Shown: positions 23,815 to 37,440 of the stretch, one piece after another | How the letters are laid out: the number at the start of each line of letters is the position of its first letter | Position numbering within the stretch: position 1 is the first letter of the stretch | NCBI GenBank assembly: GCA_010093815.1 | Contig: ML996566.1 | Strand: one strand, 5' to 3' | DNA: 64,000 nucleotides | Source: Pseudovirgaria hyperparasitica | Taxonomy: Eukaryota | Notes under the pieces: model-generated | Database searches by the model: none | What the model was told of the DNA's origin: nothing | The model's input: only the letters and a program-made list of their open reading frames with translations | Program-made: the position numbers and the translations under genes

Positions 23815-24603
23815 TACGTAAAGTTGTGAACAAAAGAGCTGAGGGCTAGAGCTGAAATCTGTGTGATACAAACTACAGTAATCGCCATATAATGCAAACG
23901 AGCTCATTAAAAGACGTATCACGCCGACCACCTTGCGATCCATACGTTGCCTGCAAATCGTGCAACGTAACGAAAGTCTCCTTTTCTGGAATAGTCGCCT
24001 CCACCTGGCATCCAGGACTCTTACACGAACTTTGCGATTGCTTCCATTTCACGCGCACATAGTCTTCCGGCATAGTCCTGCGGCAAAACCCGGTCCTAGG
24101 GCGCAATTCTTCTCCATGAAATCATCATGTTTATAACTATCTAGATTACATCGAGTAATGCGGGGCTCGAACGATTAGTGGACGACTCTTTACTACAAGT
24201 TTCGCTTTCCGCGTAGACGATATCGTAGACATCAATTGCGCTGTCTAGCAATTTTCCAAGTTTAGGTCGAATGTTTCGCGATCGAGTAAGAAATGACACC
24301 CGGAAATATCCAAAAATACGGCCGGACCTCTCACGAGCTCCACACAAGGGTCCGTTTATATATAGTAAAGGAAGCACTAACGCGTCGCTAGGTCCTAACC
24401 CCTTCCTGACAGACTTGCAGAAGGTGGGTCTTTCCCCACCGATCCTAACAGGGTGGGTACGCGCAGGATCCACCCGAATTAGACATAAGATGTAGAGTTG
24501 GATGCTCAGCTGGCCAGGGTTGATAAGTGACAAGCCGGCGCGGTCAAAAGACGGGCAGCTTGTTTCATATGCGCTCTAAAGGTTCATCGGTCGTCGTAAA
24601 CGG

Positions 24604-25151
24604 GATCAAATACAAGTCCTCGCGCTCGAGACCTGCCTCCTGGATCTGGCTCCTGTGAAGGCGCTGGGGAGTTGATTTTGTTCTGCTCCGGAGCGTGCTC
24701 GGGTTCTGGCTTCGGGGTTGACATCGATTCTAATGTAAGCCCAGGAGAGTCACTGACTCGATCTACTGCTAGGTAAGGAAGATTCCATTAGGAGTCTCTG
24801 CAGTCACTTACCCACGGCCTTTCTTTCCTTAAAAATACGCTTCATACGCCATGCTAATCCAGGCATTTCGACCGGGGGAATACCATGTTTGGCCAGATCA
24901 ACATTAACTTTACGTAGCTCTTCCTCCTGAACAAGTAGATTAATCTCCCTCCACCTTACACCTCTCTGAGGATATTTCGTTCTTATGCGCACACTAGCAT
25001 CTAGGGTAACAATCTAGGAGGTTAGCATCTGAAGTCGTTTAGTGTAGGGAAAGGAATGACGAACAAGGAATTTGTGCCATTGAGCTAGGTTGAAGCCTAT
25101 AAGCTCACGGACTTGTTCTGCTGTAGCGTTTGCTGGTACATTATCGCTCAT
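24604..25151 (-). CDS. Possible small orphan protein, 3 exons
   Basis: MSDNVPANATAEQ|IVTLDASVRIRTKYPQRGVRWREINLL...KERKAVG|..., with GTCCGT..GCTAAC..TAG and GTAAGT donors. No recognisable family; the last exon is uncertain. Confidence 0.35.
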
Positions 25152-25602
25152 TTTGTGCGCTGCTTGTTGTGCGGCGTGCCGGGCGGCAAGCCCGGCGGGC
25201 AACGATGCAGCGGCCGGGGAACTTTTCGAACTGCTGACTAATTTAGTATAGACCCATTGCCCTAAATGGCTACTGTAATACCTAGCATACCCTTGTTGGA
25301 CTCTTCCCAATCGAAGTTACGCTATCTCGACTTGAAGATTCGTGCAAGCTCCGATCGTAACGATATACCTCCTCTCTAAACATTTTTATGCCAAGCCGAT
25401 ACAAGGTATCTTACGGCACTGAGAGATTTGACCATCTGAAGGTATGTCGGCTCCTCCACTCACTATCAATCGATCGACCTCTTGGGTAGACTTAGTGAGA
25501 GTTGATTTCGCTTGGCCGTGTCGTTAGCCACGGTTGCACACCACAAGACAGACCATTTCCTATACAATTCTGCGGTTAGAACGAGTCTCTATAAGGGCAT
25601 AT

Positions 25603-27493
25603 CTAAACAAGATGTACGGCAACGTGGTCCGTCAGGAACTGCTCGATCCCCCACAGCGCAAAACAACTCAGCACTGCTAAAACCCCAAACGGAATCGAGA
25701 CGTAGTAGATCAACGGGAAAGCTTTGCCATACAAGACTCTCCCAGCCTGCACCAGGACCTCCATCTTCGCATCATCTACAATCTCGGGAAACGCACTCCT
25801 GTAATGACTGAGAGGCCCCGCTGCCATGACCGTAACAACCTCCTCGATGCGTGGAATGCTCTGGAAGCCTGCATTGATAGCCGGTATACCGATGATAGGA
25901 GGCGCCAGCGTGCGGACATGCTCGCGAAAGATGTTATAGAACATAGACTTGCCGACGATCTGGCCGACCATGCGGATGACGAGGGAAAACGCGACGGAAG
26001 TGCCGATGAGATGGTCGGGTGATATCACCGAGAAGACGACTTGGGATGGAAGAAGCACGGCGCCGATTCCGAACAGGCCGACGACCATAGGGCCCCAAAC
26101 GGTGCGGATGTCGGTAGGATCCACGATGGCCATGCAGGCCATGCCGACTGTCTGCATGATACAGAAGCCGAGCAGGACCCAGTGCACGCGGCGCTTGAAT
26201 ACAGTAATCATGATGGCGGAGATTCCGGCGCCACCAGCGATGCAGAAACCAAGAGGAAGGAGCCATACACCGGCTTGACGGAAGGAGGCTCCATATACTG
26301 CATAACACTGTATGGTCCAGAAAACTGTGATCGGGACGTAATTGACACCTGAGGAGGATTAGCCTTGATACTGGTCATCGGATATATCGACAGAGCACTG
26401 GTCAAGCCACCCTTCGAGCAGTTTTAGCGTGCTGAAGCGTGTGTAGATGATGCCCTAGATCTGTAATATGGAATCGAATACTTACCGGACGTTAAACATA
26501 GCACCGATACTGCGATGAAATATCGTGGATGTTTGACAAGCTCCATCGGGAACAAGGGATACTTGGCACCGTACTTCTCCCACAAAACAAACAAGACAAC
26601 GGAAACCACGCTTGAAGCCAGACATCCAATAACCTGTGTCGATTTCCAGGGATGAGTCTGACCTCCCCAATTCAGTCCAACGCAGAAAAGCACCAGACCA
26701 AGCACCAAGAGTGCATTACCAACATAATCCATCCGAGCGAGGATCTGGAGCGTCGACAAGTTCTGCGTTCTCTTGACCGGTGGTGGCTTGTACCATATGG
26801 CGAGGACAACAAAGGAGAGCACGGTCCAGATACCAACCAGGAGGAATATCCAGCGCCAGCTCGTCTCCGCAATGTACTGTCCATATAACGACGCAGGAGC
26901 AAAAGGAACGAAGCCAAGCACGATGTATCCGATGACCGCACCTCGCTTTGCGACAGGTACGATCTCACTTGCGGCAGCCAGGATCGTGAGGATCTGCACG
27001 CCGATCCCAGCTCCAGCTAGCACTTCCCCGACGAAAAACACTGCTAGATTATGTGTCGAGCCAAGGATGGCCATGGACACGACAGTCACGCCCAAGCTAG
27101 CGAGGATCAGACTCTTGCGGCCAAGTGCATCCGAGAGACTGCCAACAAACGGTGATACGGCACCGACGGCAATGAGCGGCGCGACAACGAGCCAGACTGC
27201 GGAATTGATAGCGTTAAGATCGTATGCGATGACAGTAAAGACTGTGACAAGCAGGAGAGGAATGACCTCTGCCACGACGAACGCCATGGAAAAGCCAATC
27301 ATGGTCATGATGAAGCCAAAGTTGACCTTTGCAGAGATTAGTACCATCCTCGCCCGACAGTCTCGAAAGACAGACATACCTTGTTTTCGACATCGCTATT
27401 CACAGTGTCAGAGCGATCCAGCTCCGAATCCCCTTGATACTCCTGCATCTCCACCGCTGCCTCCTTACTCAATTCTTCCTTCGAGTTTGCCAT
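25603..27493 (-). CDS. MFS drug:H+ antiporter, trichothecene-efflux (TRI12)-like, multi-exon
   Basis: Many hydrophobic helices; MFS motif A GSLSDALGRK; SEIVPVAKRG; SWRWIF; LNWGGQTHPWKS; C-terminal LTDHVAV. Introns near 27330-27379, 26400-26484 and 26290-26348. Confidence 0.9.
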
Positions 27494-28775
27494 TTTCGCA
27501 AACTGTTTACGTTCCGCGGGAAGGCCTTGTTTCGAGAACATCTTCCCAAAAGTCTCGACTAGTAGGACATTCACCCTTTCTTGTATCCTCGGGGTCTCTA
27601 GCAATGCACGCCAATGCCTCGGTTTGGAGACGGCGATACGCGTGCTGTAGATGTTCTGGTCTCTCCCCACACGTTTTCCAAGCCCACCTGGCGCGCCTTG
27701 GGACGCCCTTTTAACCAAAGTCCAGAAGCTCCAGGGGCGATATCAATATAGATGGCGAGATGTTGTTGGGCGGCTGTGATTGGCCAGACCATAAATGCTA
27801 AACTGGTTGTGGCTTATCAATCGTTCGAAATAGTATGAGCTAGTTCCAGCCCCCGCATGATGATTCTTGGCGAGAGCGTGGAGATGCAGAACGATGAGGA
27901 GATGTCGAGACGGTCAGGTGAGCAAGCTCAGAATGTATACCAGCAAATAGTGAGCAAACCGAATGTCTCAATGGCCTATATCACAAACGTCCATACGTGC
28001 GCTTCTCTAAACAGTCACAGAAGTTGGTCGCGCACTTGCTAAACGCTTTTTTTAAACTTTTGGCTCTCTCGGGTGGGTCGCCGCCACACTCATCTCGTTT
28101 GGTTCCTTGATGTGTCAAGGAACCATTGAAACCGCGCACGCGCCCAGGCACGGCCCCTGGACACTAAAGCCGCACTATGGCATTTTAAAGATTGGTGATG
28201 AGATTGTTGATTATAGTGAGTGACACAGGTCTCATTGGATAAGAGCTCCTATCCTCACTCAATCTATATACTGTATTCCATTCTGTAGATGATGTGGTAT
28301 ATCCGAGAAGGTTGAACTTGGTTCAACGTGTACATACCAATTCGCATGTTTTCGTGAGCACTCTGATAGACAGAGAAATAGTATCATCATAACCGCCCCA
28401 TACTTGGATCTATGAATAATCACTACTTTTTTTTATAGTCAAGTATGCATGCCAAATGTTTGAATATTGGCTCGACTGGTAGTAAACTATTTTAAGGTTC
28501 TACCCGGGCCGACTATGTCAGTCAGTCAGGAGACCTGCTGTTGTTGCATCCCTAGTAACTTCAATCGGATCATACTTGTTTGCGATATTCGAGGCTCGGA
28601 TTCGGCATGAACGACAATAGCAGATGGATGGATTCCAACAATGGACGCCGAGGTACAAGAATCAGTTACTGCATCACGAGATTTATATGCCAATTCAGTC
28701 GCGCGTGGAAGTAGCTGACAGAGCCAACTCCTGGCTTGGGTATACGACTTCCAACTTTCGAATTCAAATCAGGCC

Positions 28776-31700
28776 TTATCGGCGTATTCCTCCCCTTCCG
28801 CGAGATCGCTTTTCTACTCTTCCGCCCTTTCCACCCTTTGGTGATGCGCCTCCACCCCCGCTCTGTTTTTGTGCACCAAGACCTTTTCTTTGAGCCTTGA
28901 AGCCAGCCATGCCTCCTGCTCTTCCTCCACTGAAGCCCCCTCTTTTATTGCCCGGACTCATGTTACCCTTAGACTTAAGCTTTTTGCCTACCTCCATTTC
29001 TTCATCCACATCCATGTCCTCCTCATCATCGTTGTCCTTGCTCCGCTTGTTTGAGAACTTCAACTTTCCCTTTTGACCACGCTGGGGTGCGTCCCGTCCT
29101 TTGAGGGCTGCAACATATGCGTTGATACCACCTTCAAGAGTACCATCACCCGGTTCGCCCTGTTCATCGAAATCCATCATTTCTGGGCCTTCGTCCGACG
29201 AGTCGCCTAGAAGTAATTTACCATCTAGATCGGTCTTGGCTTTCGTCTTGTGGGCCGGTACAGCGCGCTGTTTGACGGGTTTGGTTGATGATATATTGCC
29301 GTAAGCTCGTTTTGACAATAGATCGAGAGGTTCGTCCTCATCCTCCACGATGTAGGTATTCCCATTTTGGGCCTTGCCTCGTCGTTTACGAACAAACTCA
29401 TCATCGCTGCCGGCTGATGCGACAGAAGCGACTGAATCTGATTCGCTTCCATATACTGCTTCGTCAAATTCGCTTTCAAACTTTGATCTCCGACGGTGAT
29501 CCGCTGGTCCCTCTGCACCATCGACCTCCATTTCATCACCAGCAGTGGTACTGGCATCTCTCTTCCTCTTCGCCCGATCACGAGTTTTGCGTATGTTGGC
29601 AATGAGCTTCTTGTCTTCTTCCGGACAACACACTTCAACATCCTCAATACCGAAGCGCCGAATCATACGCTCGATGATATGTTTGACCTTCGCTTTGAAT
29701 CGGGATTTATGTTCATGGCTCCAAATCATCAGATTTGGTATCAGGGTCTTCAACCGGGGCTGCATTAGAGATGCTGGTAACGAGATGACAGCGACTTTGA
29801 CGAAGCCGAGTACCGACCTCACAATCTCGCGATTCTTGTTTTGAATAAACATATCCATAAGATCCAAAATCTCGCTCACAGTCGCGTCCGAGATCCTGGA
29901 ACGAAACTCGTAAAATACCCGGGTTACGGCTGTCACAGAAGCACTCTGCATATGGGGTGTGGACCCAGCAAGACCGGCAGACACCATAGTAAAATACAAG
30001 TCGAGACTCGCACTAGCCGAAGGTGCATCCTCAGGCATGTTCGGGATCTTCGAATTGATTATCGTGCCTCCACGATCCATTTTCTCACCCATGGCCACGA
30101 GAAGGTCATATGCTGCGGTCCGTGCCTTTTCGTTGATCTCCTTCGAAGATATTACTACCTCTGGCAGAATGGCGGGAATGAAATGCAAGTCCTCTGTAGG
30201 CATATATTCCACAACCCAGGAAATAGCTGCAATGCGCTCGTGGCGTGCAGAAGCTACTGTCTTTTCGGCACTGTCGAGCAGAAGGCGCTGCAGCTCCCTA
30301 TTGCGCTCCTGCAATGCCTCTCGACCAGCATCAGATTCGGCTAGGCGAGGGATGAGCTTGTAAGCCTTCTTTTGAATCTTGTTGTCCTTTCCGGAATTGA
30401 TGATGAGCGAGGCAATGGCAAAGAGCGAAGTGAATGTTTCCCGTGGAAGGTATGCCGTAATTGTAATTATCAAGTCCATAAGAGTGTAACTTGTTGGTGG
30501 TAGCTTGTCTTCGACCTTGCCTTTGGCTTTCGCAGTCTTTGGCTGCTGTTGCTGCTGCTCTTCTTCTTGTAGCGCCGTCTCCAAAGCCGACGTGACTCTG
30601 TTAAAGGTGTCCAGGAGATCCTTCTCAACATTAGTTCCGCTAAATTGTTTGTTCAGCTTCGGCTTACATTTGTCGGGGTGATACTGAGATAAGCGTTGAT
30701 GCATTGCAGAACAACGCCACGGTACTGTTGTAGGGTCTGGCTATATACGTTGAACAACACAGCTAAGATGTTGTTCGAAAAGGTAGCAAGGTAATCTAAA
30801 TTACGCTTGGCATCTGTTTTCGACACGCGCGATAATGCGATCAAGTCAGTGTCCGATTCAGCTATGATAGCCTGATTAGTTTCCACAAGATTTTTCAAAG
30901 CCCGGCAGAGATCTGCTCGTAAGTCTGTTTGCTGATACAGAAGATTTGATATCATTTCGGCGAACGATTGATCGAATCCCTAGAAGAGAATTAGGCAAGC
31001 CATAAAGAAGACACTCAAGTAGCATACCTCCACCACGTCGAGCGGGAGATCGCAATAACCTGGTAAGCACGTCCATATCTGATGGACGACTGTTTCAAAT
31101 ACTTTGATTTCCATGGTCTTCTCTGCCTGCCCGTGTTCAAGAACTTTTTGGAACATTGCTTCGCTCAGTGGTACTAGCTCCTGGCGAAAATGCGATAACC
31201 GGGTGTTGCTAACAGAATCTCGTATGATCGGGAGAAGCCATGCGCGACCTGGCTGTCCAGGTACAGGCCTGCTTAAGTTCAATGGCAGTATTTCAAGGAC
31301 CTTTTCAGGCCCTATCGCACGAACTGCTTTGGAGAGAACAGTATCAGCTTCAGTCTTACCGGCAAACGAGTCACTTCCTCTCAGTTCGCCGATCTGTTTC
31401 ACTGTGGTATCTAGATATGGTGAAGCCATCCAGCGTAACTTCTCAAACATAGCTCCAAGGACGTTGAAGACCTCCATCCATGCAGCTTGGTATTTGACGC
31501 TCAGTAGGCCTGCAGCTGTCCTCGACAACTTCTCTAGAGCCTTCTCGTCAAAGATTGAAGGGTTCTGTAGAACACTCACAGGAACACAATTCGCCATGAA
31601 TGATATCAAGCATTCTGAAGCAGATATGCGGATGTTGTGAGATGGGGACTCCAGAAATTCAGATATTTTGGCAAACAAATCTGGCAACTTTTGAAATGTC

Positions 31701-32727
31701 TCCTCGGGTTCAACCTGGGCCGATACATCATATCCCCTGGACAAGACCGCGATCCAAGGAGGAAGCAATTGAGAGTCGCCACGCGCAGGTTGCAGTTCCA
31801 ATATCTTTTCTAAGAGCAGTGGCAGTTTCGGTGATGTTTCATCATTAGCCATACCTGCAAATATGACTTCGAACAGATCAAACGCTGCCATAGTGAGGTG
31901 TTCGTTCGTGGAGCGCGAAATGTTCAAAAGTAACTCGACTAAAGCATCGATCTTCTTACTGGGCCAACCATCTGAACCACTCGCTATGGCTTTGATCAAT
32001 TGTAAGACATGCATCATCTCTGGCTCTAGCGATCCGTCCCGATTTCGGCTCTTCTTGCTTTTGCTTGCCTCCACAGCCAGTGCACGTAAACTACTCAATG
32101 CGCTTTCTGCACACATATCTGCCGCCGGGTGATCGATGGACGGGCTAGGAGGCGGATGTTTTAGGACGTTCGTAATGGCATCTTGAGCACGTTTTCGAGG
32201 CTTCGGTTTCTGACCTACTGCAATGGCGAGAAGTCCTGCTAACGCCCAGCGCGGGCTGACCTGCGATTGTGGTAACGCCCATGCTTGTGAGTCTTGTACT
32301 AGCAATAGTGACTCAAGACAACCTATCGAAGGTCTAATCAAGGGTCCTTCTGAATCTTTTTGGGTCAGAGCAGGAGCTAGGCTAGTCACGACCTGGGAGA
32401 ATTTCGATCGTAGGAGCGGGGCGGCGACGTGGGGTGTTATAAGGTCGAGGAGGTACACAACAGCAGACGCAACTTCTTTATTGACGATTGGCTGATCAGG
32501 AGGTATATACTTCTTGAGCAAGGCAAGCAGCGCGGCGAAGTAGGCGGCAGGTGTGAGTTCAGAGTTTTGCGACTTGATTGTATCCTCAACTGCTGAGAGC
32601 ACCGCAGCACTCTGGAGTTTGTTAGCTCGATTTATGCGACTTGCGTGAGATTGCACACCTGCTGCTGGTTTTGCTGCTTGGGCGAGGAACGGATCTTGTC
32701 CAGCCTCTCCTTTAGTTCGAGAGACAT
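28776..32727 (-). CDS. RRP12: Ribosomal RNA-processing protein 12 (HEAT/NUC173 domain)
   Basis: MSLELKERLDKIRSSPK|..AVEDTIK..AYFAALL; GRAWLLPIIRD; QIWTCLPGYCDLPLD; SAGLAGSTPHMQSA; EPLDLL; basic RGG-rich tail. Three short introns. Confidence 0.93.
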
Positions 32728-33102
32728 CTTGGCCTCGTTTGCGTAAGTCAAGTCCTTGAAGATTTCGCAGTGATTCACTGAGTGTCGCACACGGCACTTA
32801 TTTTAAAAAAGTTCTAGTGCACGGTCCACATCAGTACTAACTCCGTATCGCCGGGACACTCACCGACATATATTCGTTCGCTATGTTACATAAAGGTAAG
32901 CTGCAGGGACTTGGACGGTTATGATAAGCTCTGCATAAAGCAGCATCTATACTCAATGCCCGGCTTTTCAAAGGTACGTTACATGCCAAATCGCGAACGA
33001 GAACAAGCGAGACAAGTATATATAATGGAGCGTCGTCAATATACAGACTACACTAAGCGAATAAATTTGCTGTATCATATGATACACTCTACTAGAGTCT
33101 GT

Positions 33103-34266
33103 TTATGTGGTGGAAACCTTAGCTTGAATGTCGTCGCCTCGCTCGGGTTCATAATTTGTTTCTCCCAGCATCGAAACGCTCCCAGTTGGAGCGGCGGGTG
33201 CTTGGGGCTTACTTGTCGACGCCGCATGTAGCCTTTGATCAAGAGCCTTCAATGCAAGGGCTCGTCTCCGTTCAGCTTCTTCACGTCTTCCCCCGCTTCG
33301 TCCGCCTCTACCCGACCCGTTCATAATGCTTGGAAGACCCCCTTCGGCTCGCGCAGATGCTTGCTCGTTTCCTATGTCGATGTCTTCAGCGGAAAATGGA
33401 ATGCATATCTTAACTGCTACTAAAGCTTCGTACACTCTATCACAAGTGGCTGCTATGGGAGTGTGAAGAGGTTCAGGAAAGAAGAATGCGAAACCAAAAG
33501 TGTCGGAGGCATCACCGCGAACGTCTGCCGACTCGCCTGTACTTGTTGAGGATAAGGAAGGACTGAGACGATAGAACCGAAGATAGATCCAAGACGTGAA
33601 AAACCCGGCCCAAGTCAAAAACATGGCTGTTTCTGTTCCAAATATCAACCCAGATATCGTGTTCGCGGCGAGATGTATGGCCGGGAAGTGTTTGACCCTC
33701 ATACGGATCAGGCCTCTGGCGATGGCGACAGTATGTTCAGGTACTAGTTGTTTGAAGGCAACAAGGTAACCCGCCTGAATAGCTATACCACCTGAAATAG
33801 TCGTGTTTCTTTCCCATGTTAGACGGCTATGGCCTTGATCTTTGTATCGTATTGTGGGGACTTACAGAGCAGCCTCATTCTTCGAAATTGCGAACGCGAG
33901 AACATAAAAAAGGAAAGTTACTATGTTCGGGAGCATAGAAACGAAAAGCATAAACTTGGCAAACTCTTGAGAGCTCCAGGCGCGCTCTAGGTATCTTCCT
34001 CCGTAGAATAGGGTAACACCTGTGATCAACAGACCAAAAATATTCTGCTCCACAAGTGTCGCAATAAGGAACACATATGGATAAACGATTGAAGCTCCTG
34101 GAACGATCGCTAGATACGGCGCGCCATCTCCTGTAGCGATAATCGGCTTCTCTACTCCAGAAACCCAGTCAGGATACGGCCTGACCGCCGCGTTCAGGAG
34201 TGTCAGGATTATGAGGGCGGCGAGGAGACTGCGCGTCAACGGAGGTAGGTTGATTCTTGGAGCCAT
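33103..34266 (-). CDS. DUF1751/TMEM115-type rhomboid-like Golgi membrane protein; one intron (~33809-33863)
   Basis: MAPRINLPPLTR; YGGRYLERAWSSQEF; LVAFKQLVPEHTV; RGDASDTFGFAFFFPEP; EAERRRALALKALDQRL. Confidence 0.88.
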
Positions 34267-34757
34267 AACAAGGATGTGAGAGATGGGATGTGCGAGGTCG
34301 ACAACCTCTCCCAAGGCGCTCTACAAGCTTGAACAGGACCGAAGGTCGAATGATCAGCGCGCTGAAAGGTATAGGGGGGATTTTGGTGTCGAATGCGCAG
34401 ACACAAGGTTCCCGCGCCGGTCAGGCTCTATAGGAAGTAGTGTTTTGTACAGGAGCTTCAAAGGTGATTGCAAAGAGAAACCCCAGGGTCTATTGTGAGG
34501 CGTTGGCTGTTGAGGCTGAAATCTTGGATCCTTGTGATTGGCTAGCGATTCGCGACCCTATAGCAGACCACGAAGAGCGCGCGAAGCTTGAATCTCATCC
34601 GCACGTCCCGATTCCACGACCTCGACAATCCTGCTCATCTTTAGTTCTACTCATATCGATATTTATCAAGTGCTCCTTGTCCCCAAATTCACACCTTGCC
34701 GATGCAGTGGTGACCTTGGACGAATCTCAAAACCTAGGCGCATTTCAATCATGCGCA

Positions 34758-36648
34758 ATGACTGTCGAGACGCTATCTTCGAATGTCGTTAACTACCTGG
34801 TGTGGAGGTATCTGCAGGAGGCCGGTAAGTCGCATATTACACGGCTGTCGGTGCAATCACTGACAATCTTCGAGGCTTTGGATCTGCCGCGGTGCACTTG
34901 CAGAAAGAATGGGTCCGCGACCCTCAAGAGCTTCCGTTCGCGAGTAACGTCAAGAAGAATGCTATGGTCGAGCTCTTGCAGGATGGGCTATACCTCAATC
35001 ATCTTGAAGCTGGGGTCAAAGGAGTCAGTCATGGCCTTCCTGTGGCGATCGAGGACGCTAACTCCTTCAGTCTCACTCATCCCCACGGTTTGGAGATGAT
35101 CACGGCAGCCAATACTCGATTCATCGTAGCGGAGGTCCTGTACTGAGGGCCGAGGATGACTACAATGACATACCCCATGAGACCAATGGTACATTACACG
35201 ATAATGGGTCAAAGAAAGGGCCAAGGCGGAAGAAGAAGAGTAGTGGGCCGGAACGTTTGAATGGCGACGCGATGGAGATCGAGCCCAATGGTGTGCATTC
35301 ACCTTCGCGTGGAGAATCAGAGGCTCTGGTCTCTGATGTCGAATCCCCAAATGTTGAAGAGGTACAAACCACAACCTTAGTCCAAGGAAGGAGTCTGGAT
35401 GTTCAGACGGAAAAGATTGCAGAACTCGCTCCAAGCACCATAATCACCAGTGTTGACAAGCCAGGGTCTATCATCAATCACGTCATGTGGGGCCACGACA
35501 ATGACACTGATAGAGACGTTCTGTTGGTTGCAGGCGACTCTTTACTTCGATTCTACGATGTTCCCACCTCCCAGACTCTACAGTCCACAGCGGGCGAACT
35601 CCGCAACGTAGACTATCCACTACCCTTCAACAGTTTCGATGTGTCAGCGTTTGCTTGGAAAGGACCTAGTGAACCTGGTTGCGCTGCATTCGCAACACAG
35701 GAGCGTATTACCAACGAAATGAGCGAGTCTATGTCTGATTATAAGTTGAGCCTGATTGAAGGGAACGAGTACCGCATGATCTCTTCTCTCGGTGGGATGA
35801 TATTCCAAATCACTTGGAATCAAGCAAGTCAGCTTCTGCTGACTATTTCTGGTAATGATGTCGCTGGTTTGATTCGCATTTGGAAGCAGGACTTCTCATA
35901 CGTGTCATATGCAACTGATCAGCCTCTTTTGGATTGTCAATGGTTGTTTGACACACGGTTCGTTGTGTGTGGTGAAAAATTCCTGAGCATTCTCGAACTG
36001 GATGCTCTTTCAAGCGAGATCAGGGTCTTGAAAAACTTTGATACCGGCAGGGACTGGGATAGAGTCTGTTTTGATCCGATTTGCAGATTTATCGCTTGCA
36101 AATCTCTTGACGGCGACGCTGTCGCTCTCGCACACCTTGAAGACGCAACACTGCGAATTCAAACTTTCGACGTCGCACCTGTCACCGATATTGCATTCCA
36201 GCCTATCCCGAATCCAGCTTCACATACTGCAGAATCTGCGCGTCTACTTGCGGCATCATTTCACCATGGGTACATCCAAGTATGGAACGTAAAGGAAGGC
36301 TTCGATCACGTGTACCGAGTCGAGCTTGAGGATCGACCAGTAGGCGCCATAGCATTTTCTCCGGACGGTTTTCTCCTTGCTGCTGCTGGTATGGACACTG
36401 TGTCTATATGGCAAGCTGAACACGGAGGAACGCCAAAAGCTCAATGGCATGGTTCTGAAGAAGAACACTGGGCTATGCCTGGTAGCGACAAAGATGCGCA
36501 AGACCCTCTGCACCGGCTTGCGTGGGACGCGGACAGCAAGCGTTTGGCGTTCGCCCTGGGGAATCAGGTATGTGTTGCGTGCATTAATACCACCTGATAT
36601 GCCCAGTTAACTTGTCTATAGTTCGCTCTCATTAACTTCCAGAGGTGA
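34758..36648 (+). CDS. LisH + WD40 repeat protein (Sif2/TBL1-like, Set3 complex subunit)
   Basis: N-terminal LisH LSSNVVNYLVWRYLQEAG; LVELLQDGL-type motif; WD repeats (AIAFSPDGFLLAAAG, LAWDADSKRLAF). Three introns. Confidence 0.82.
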
Positions 36649-37440
36649 GAAGGTCGCAAATATAGCGTTCAATCGCCGTTTTGTGCACTCGATGCAACAA
36701 CTGAGATAAACGAGCTCCACTTTGGCCAGTAGTGCTGCGAACAGGACGCCCTAACCACGGTGGATCCAACATTTGCTGCCTGTAGATGTATCGCACACAG
36801 CAGATGAATCGGGGTCGTCGGTACTATTCTGACGAATCGTCTCCAAATGCGCCAGTAACAGACTCCGCCAGGTCGCTTCGACATCCATGGATATACAGGG
36901 TCAATAAGTCACAATTCGACGCCATTGACGCCGCCAGTTGTCCAACAGGCTCTTGAACTGCCGTAAAGAGAAGATAGACTAATCCGAGGCCTTCGTTTAA
37001 AGTGGGTGCGTGGTGGGGCGAGTGGATACGATATGCCGCAGCGGAGCCTGGGGGGCGCTTACCAAGCCAAATGAAGCAGTCAAACCTTGCTTGCAAGTAC
37101 AAATTAGCTTGACATCGACATCATGAACCGACTACCTCCGACCTACAGCTCCAGAAGAGATAGGAATAGGAATCTCAGGTCCGCTAGGTCGTGAGCGCCT
37201 AGCTTCCGTATGTGTCTCGCTCTGCAAGACATTGCCATCCAAAGTGGATCATGTCTCAGTAGGTGATCCACATTAGCATGCCGGCTCCACAGGCGATCGA
37301 ATACGACAGTCTGGGTATGGTTTAGCATAGAAGGACTGCTAGAAGTGGCGCTAGATAAATGTCCTTTCACTGTATCAAACCAAAGTTGTATCGTACTTCT
37401 TTATTTCGTCAATTCTTCTAGATCTACCTATTCTATTCAA

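Noticed and set aside
24300..24480. Several short stem-loops suggesting a structured ncRNA
   Set aside because: Stems are only 6-7 bp, and there are no tRNA, snoRNA or ribozyme consensus elements that I can support.
26773..27714. 313-aa plus-strand ORF
   Set aside because: Antisense shadow of the MFS transporter; no motifs of its own.
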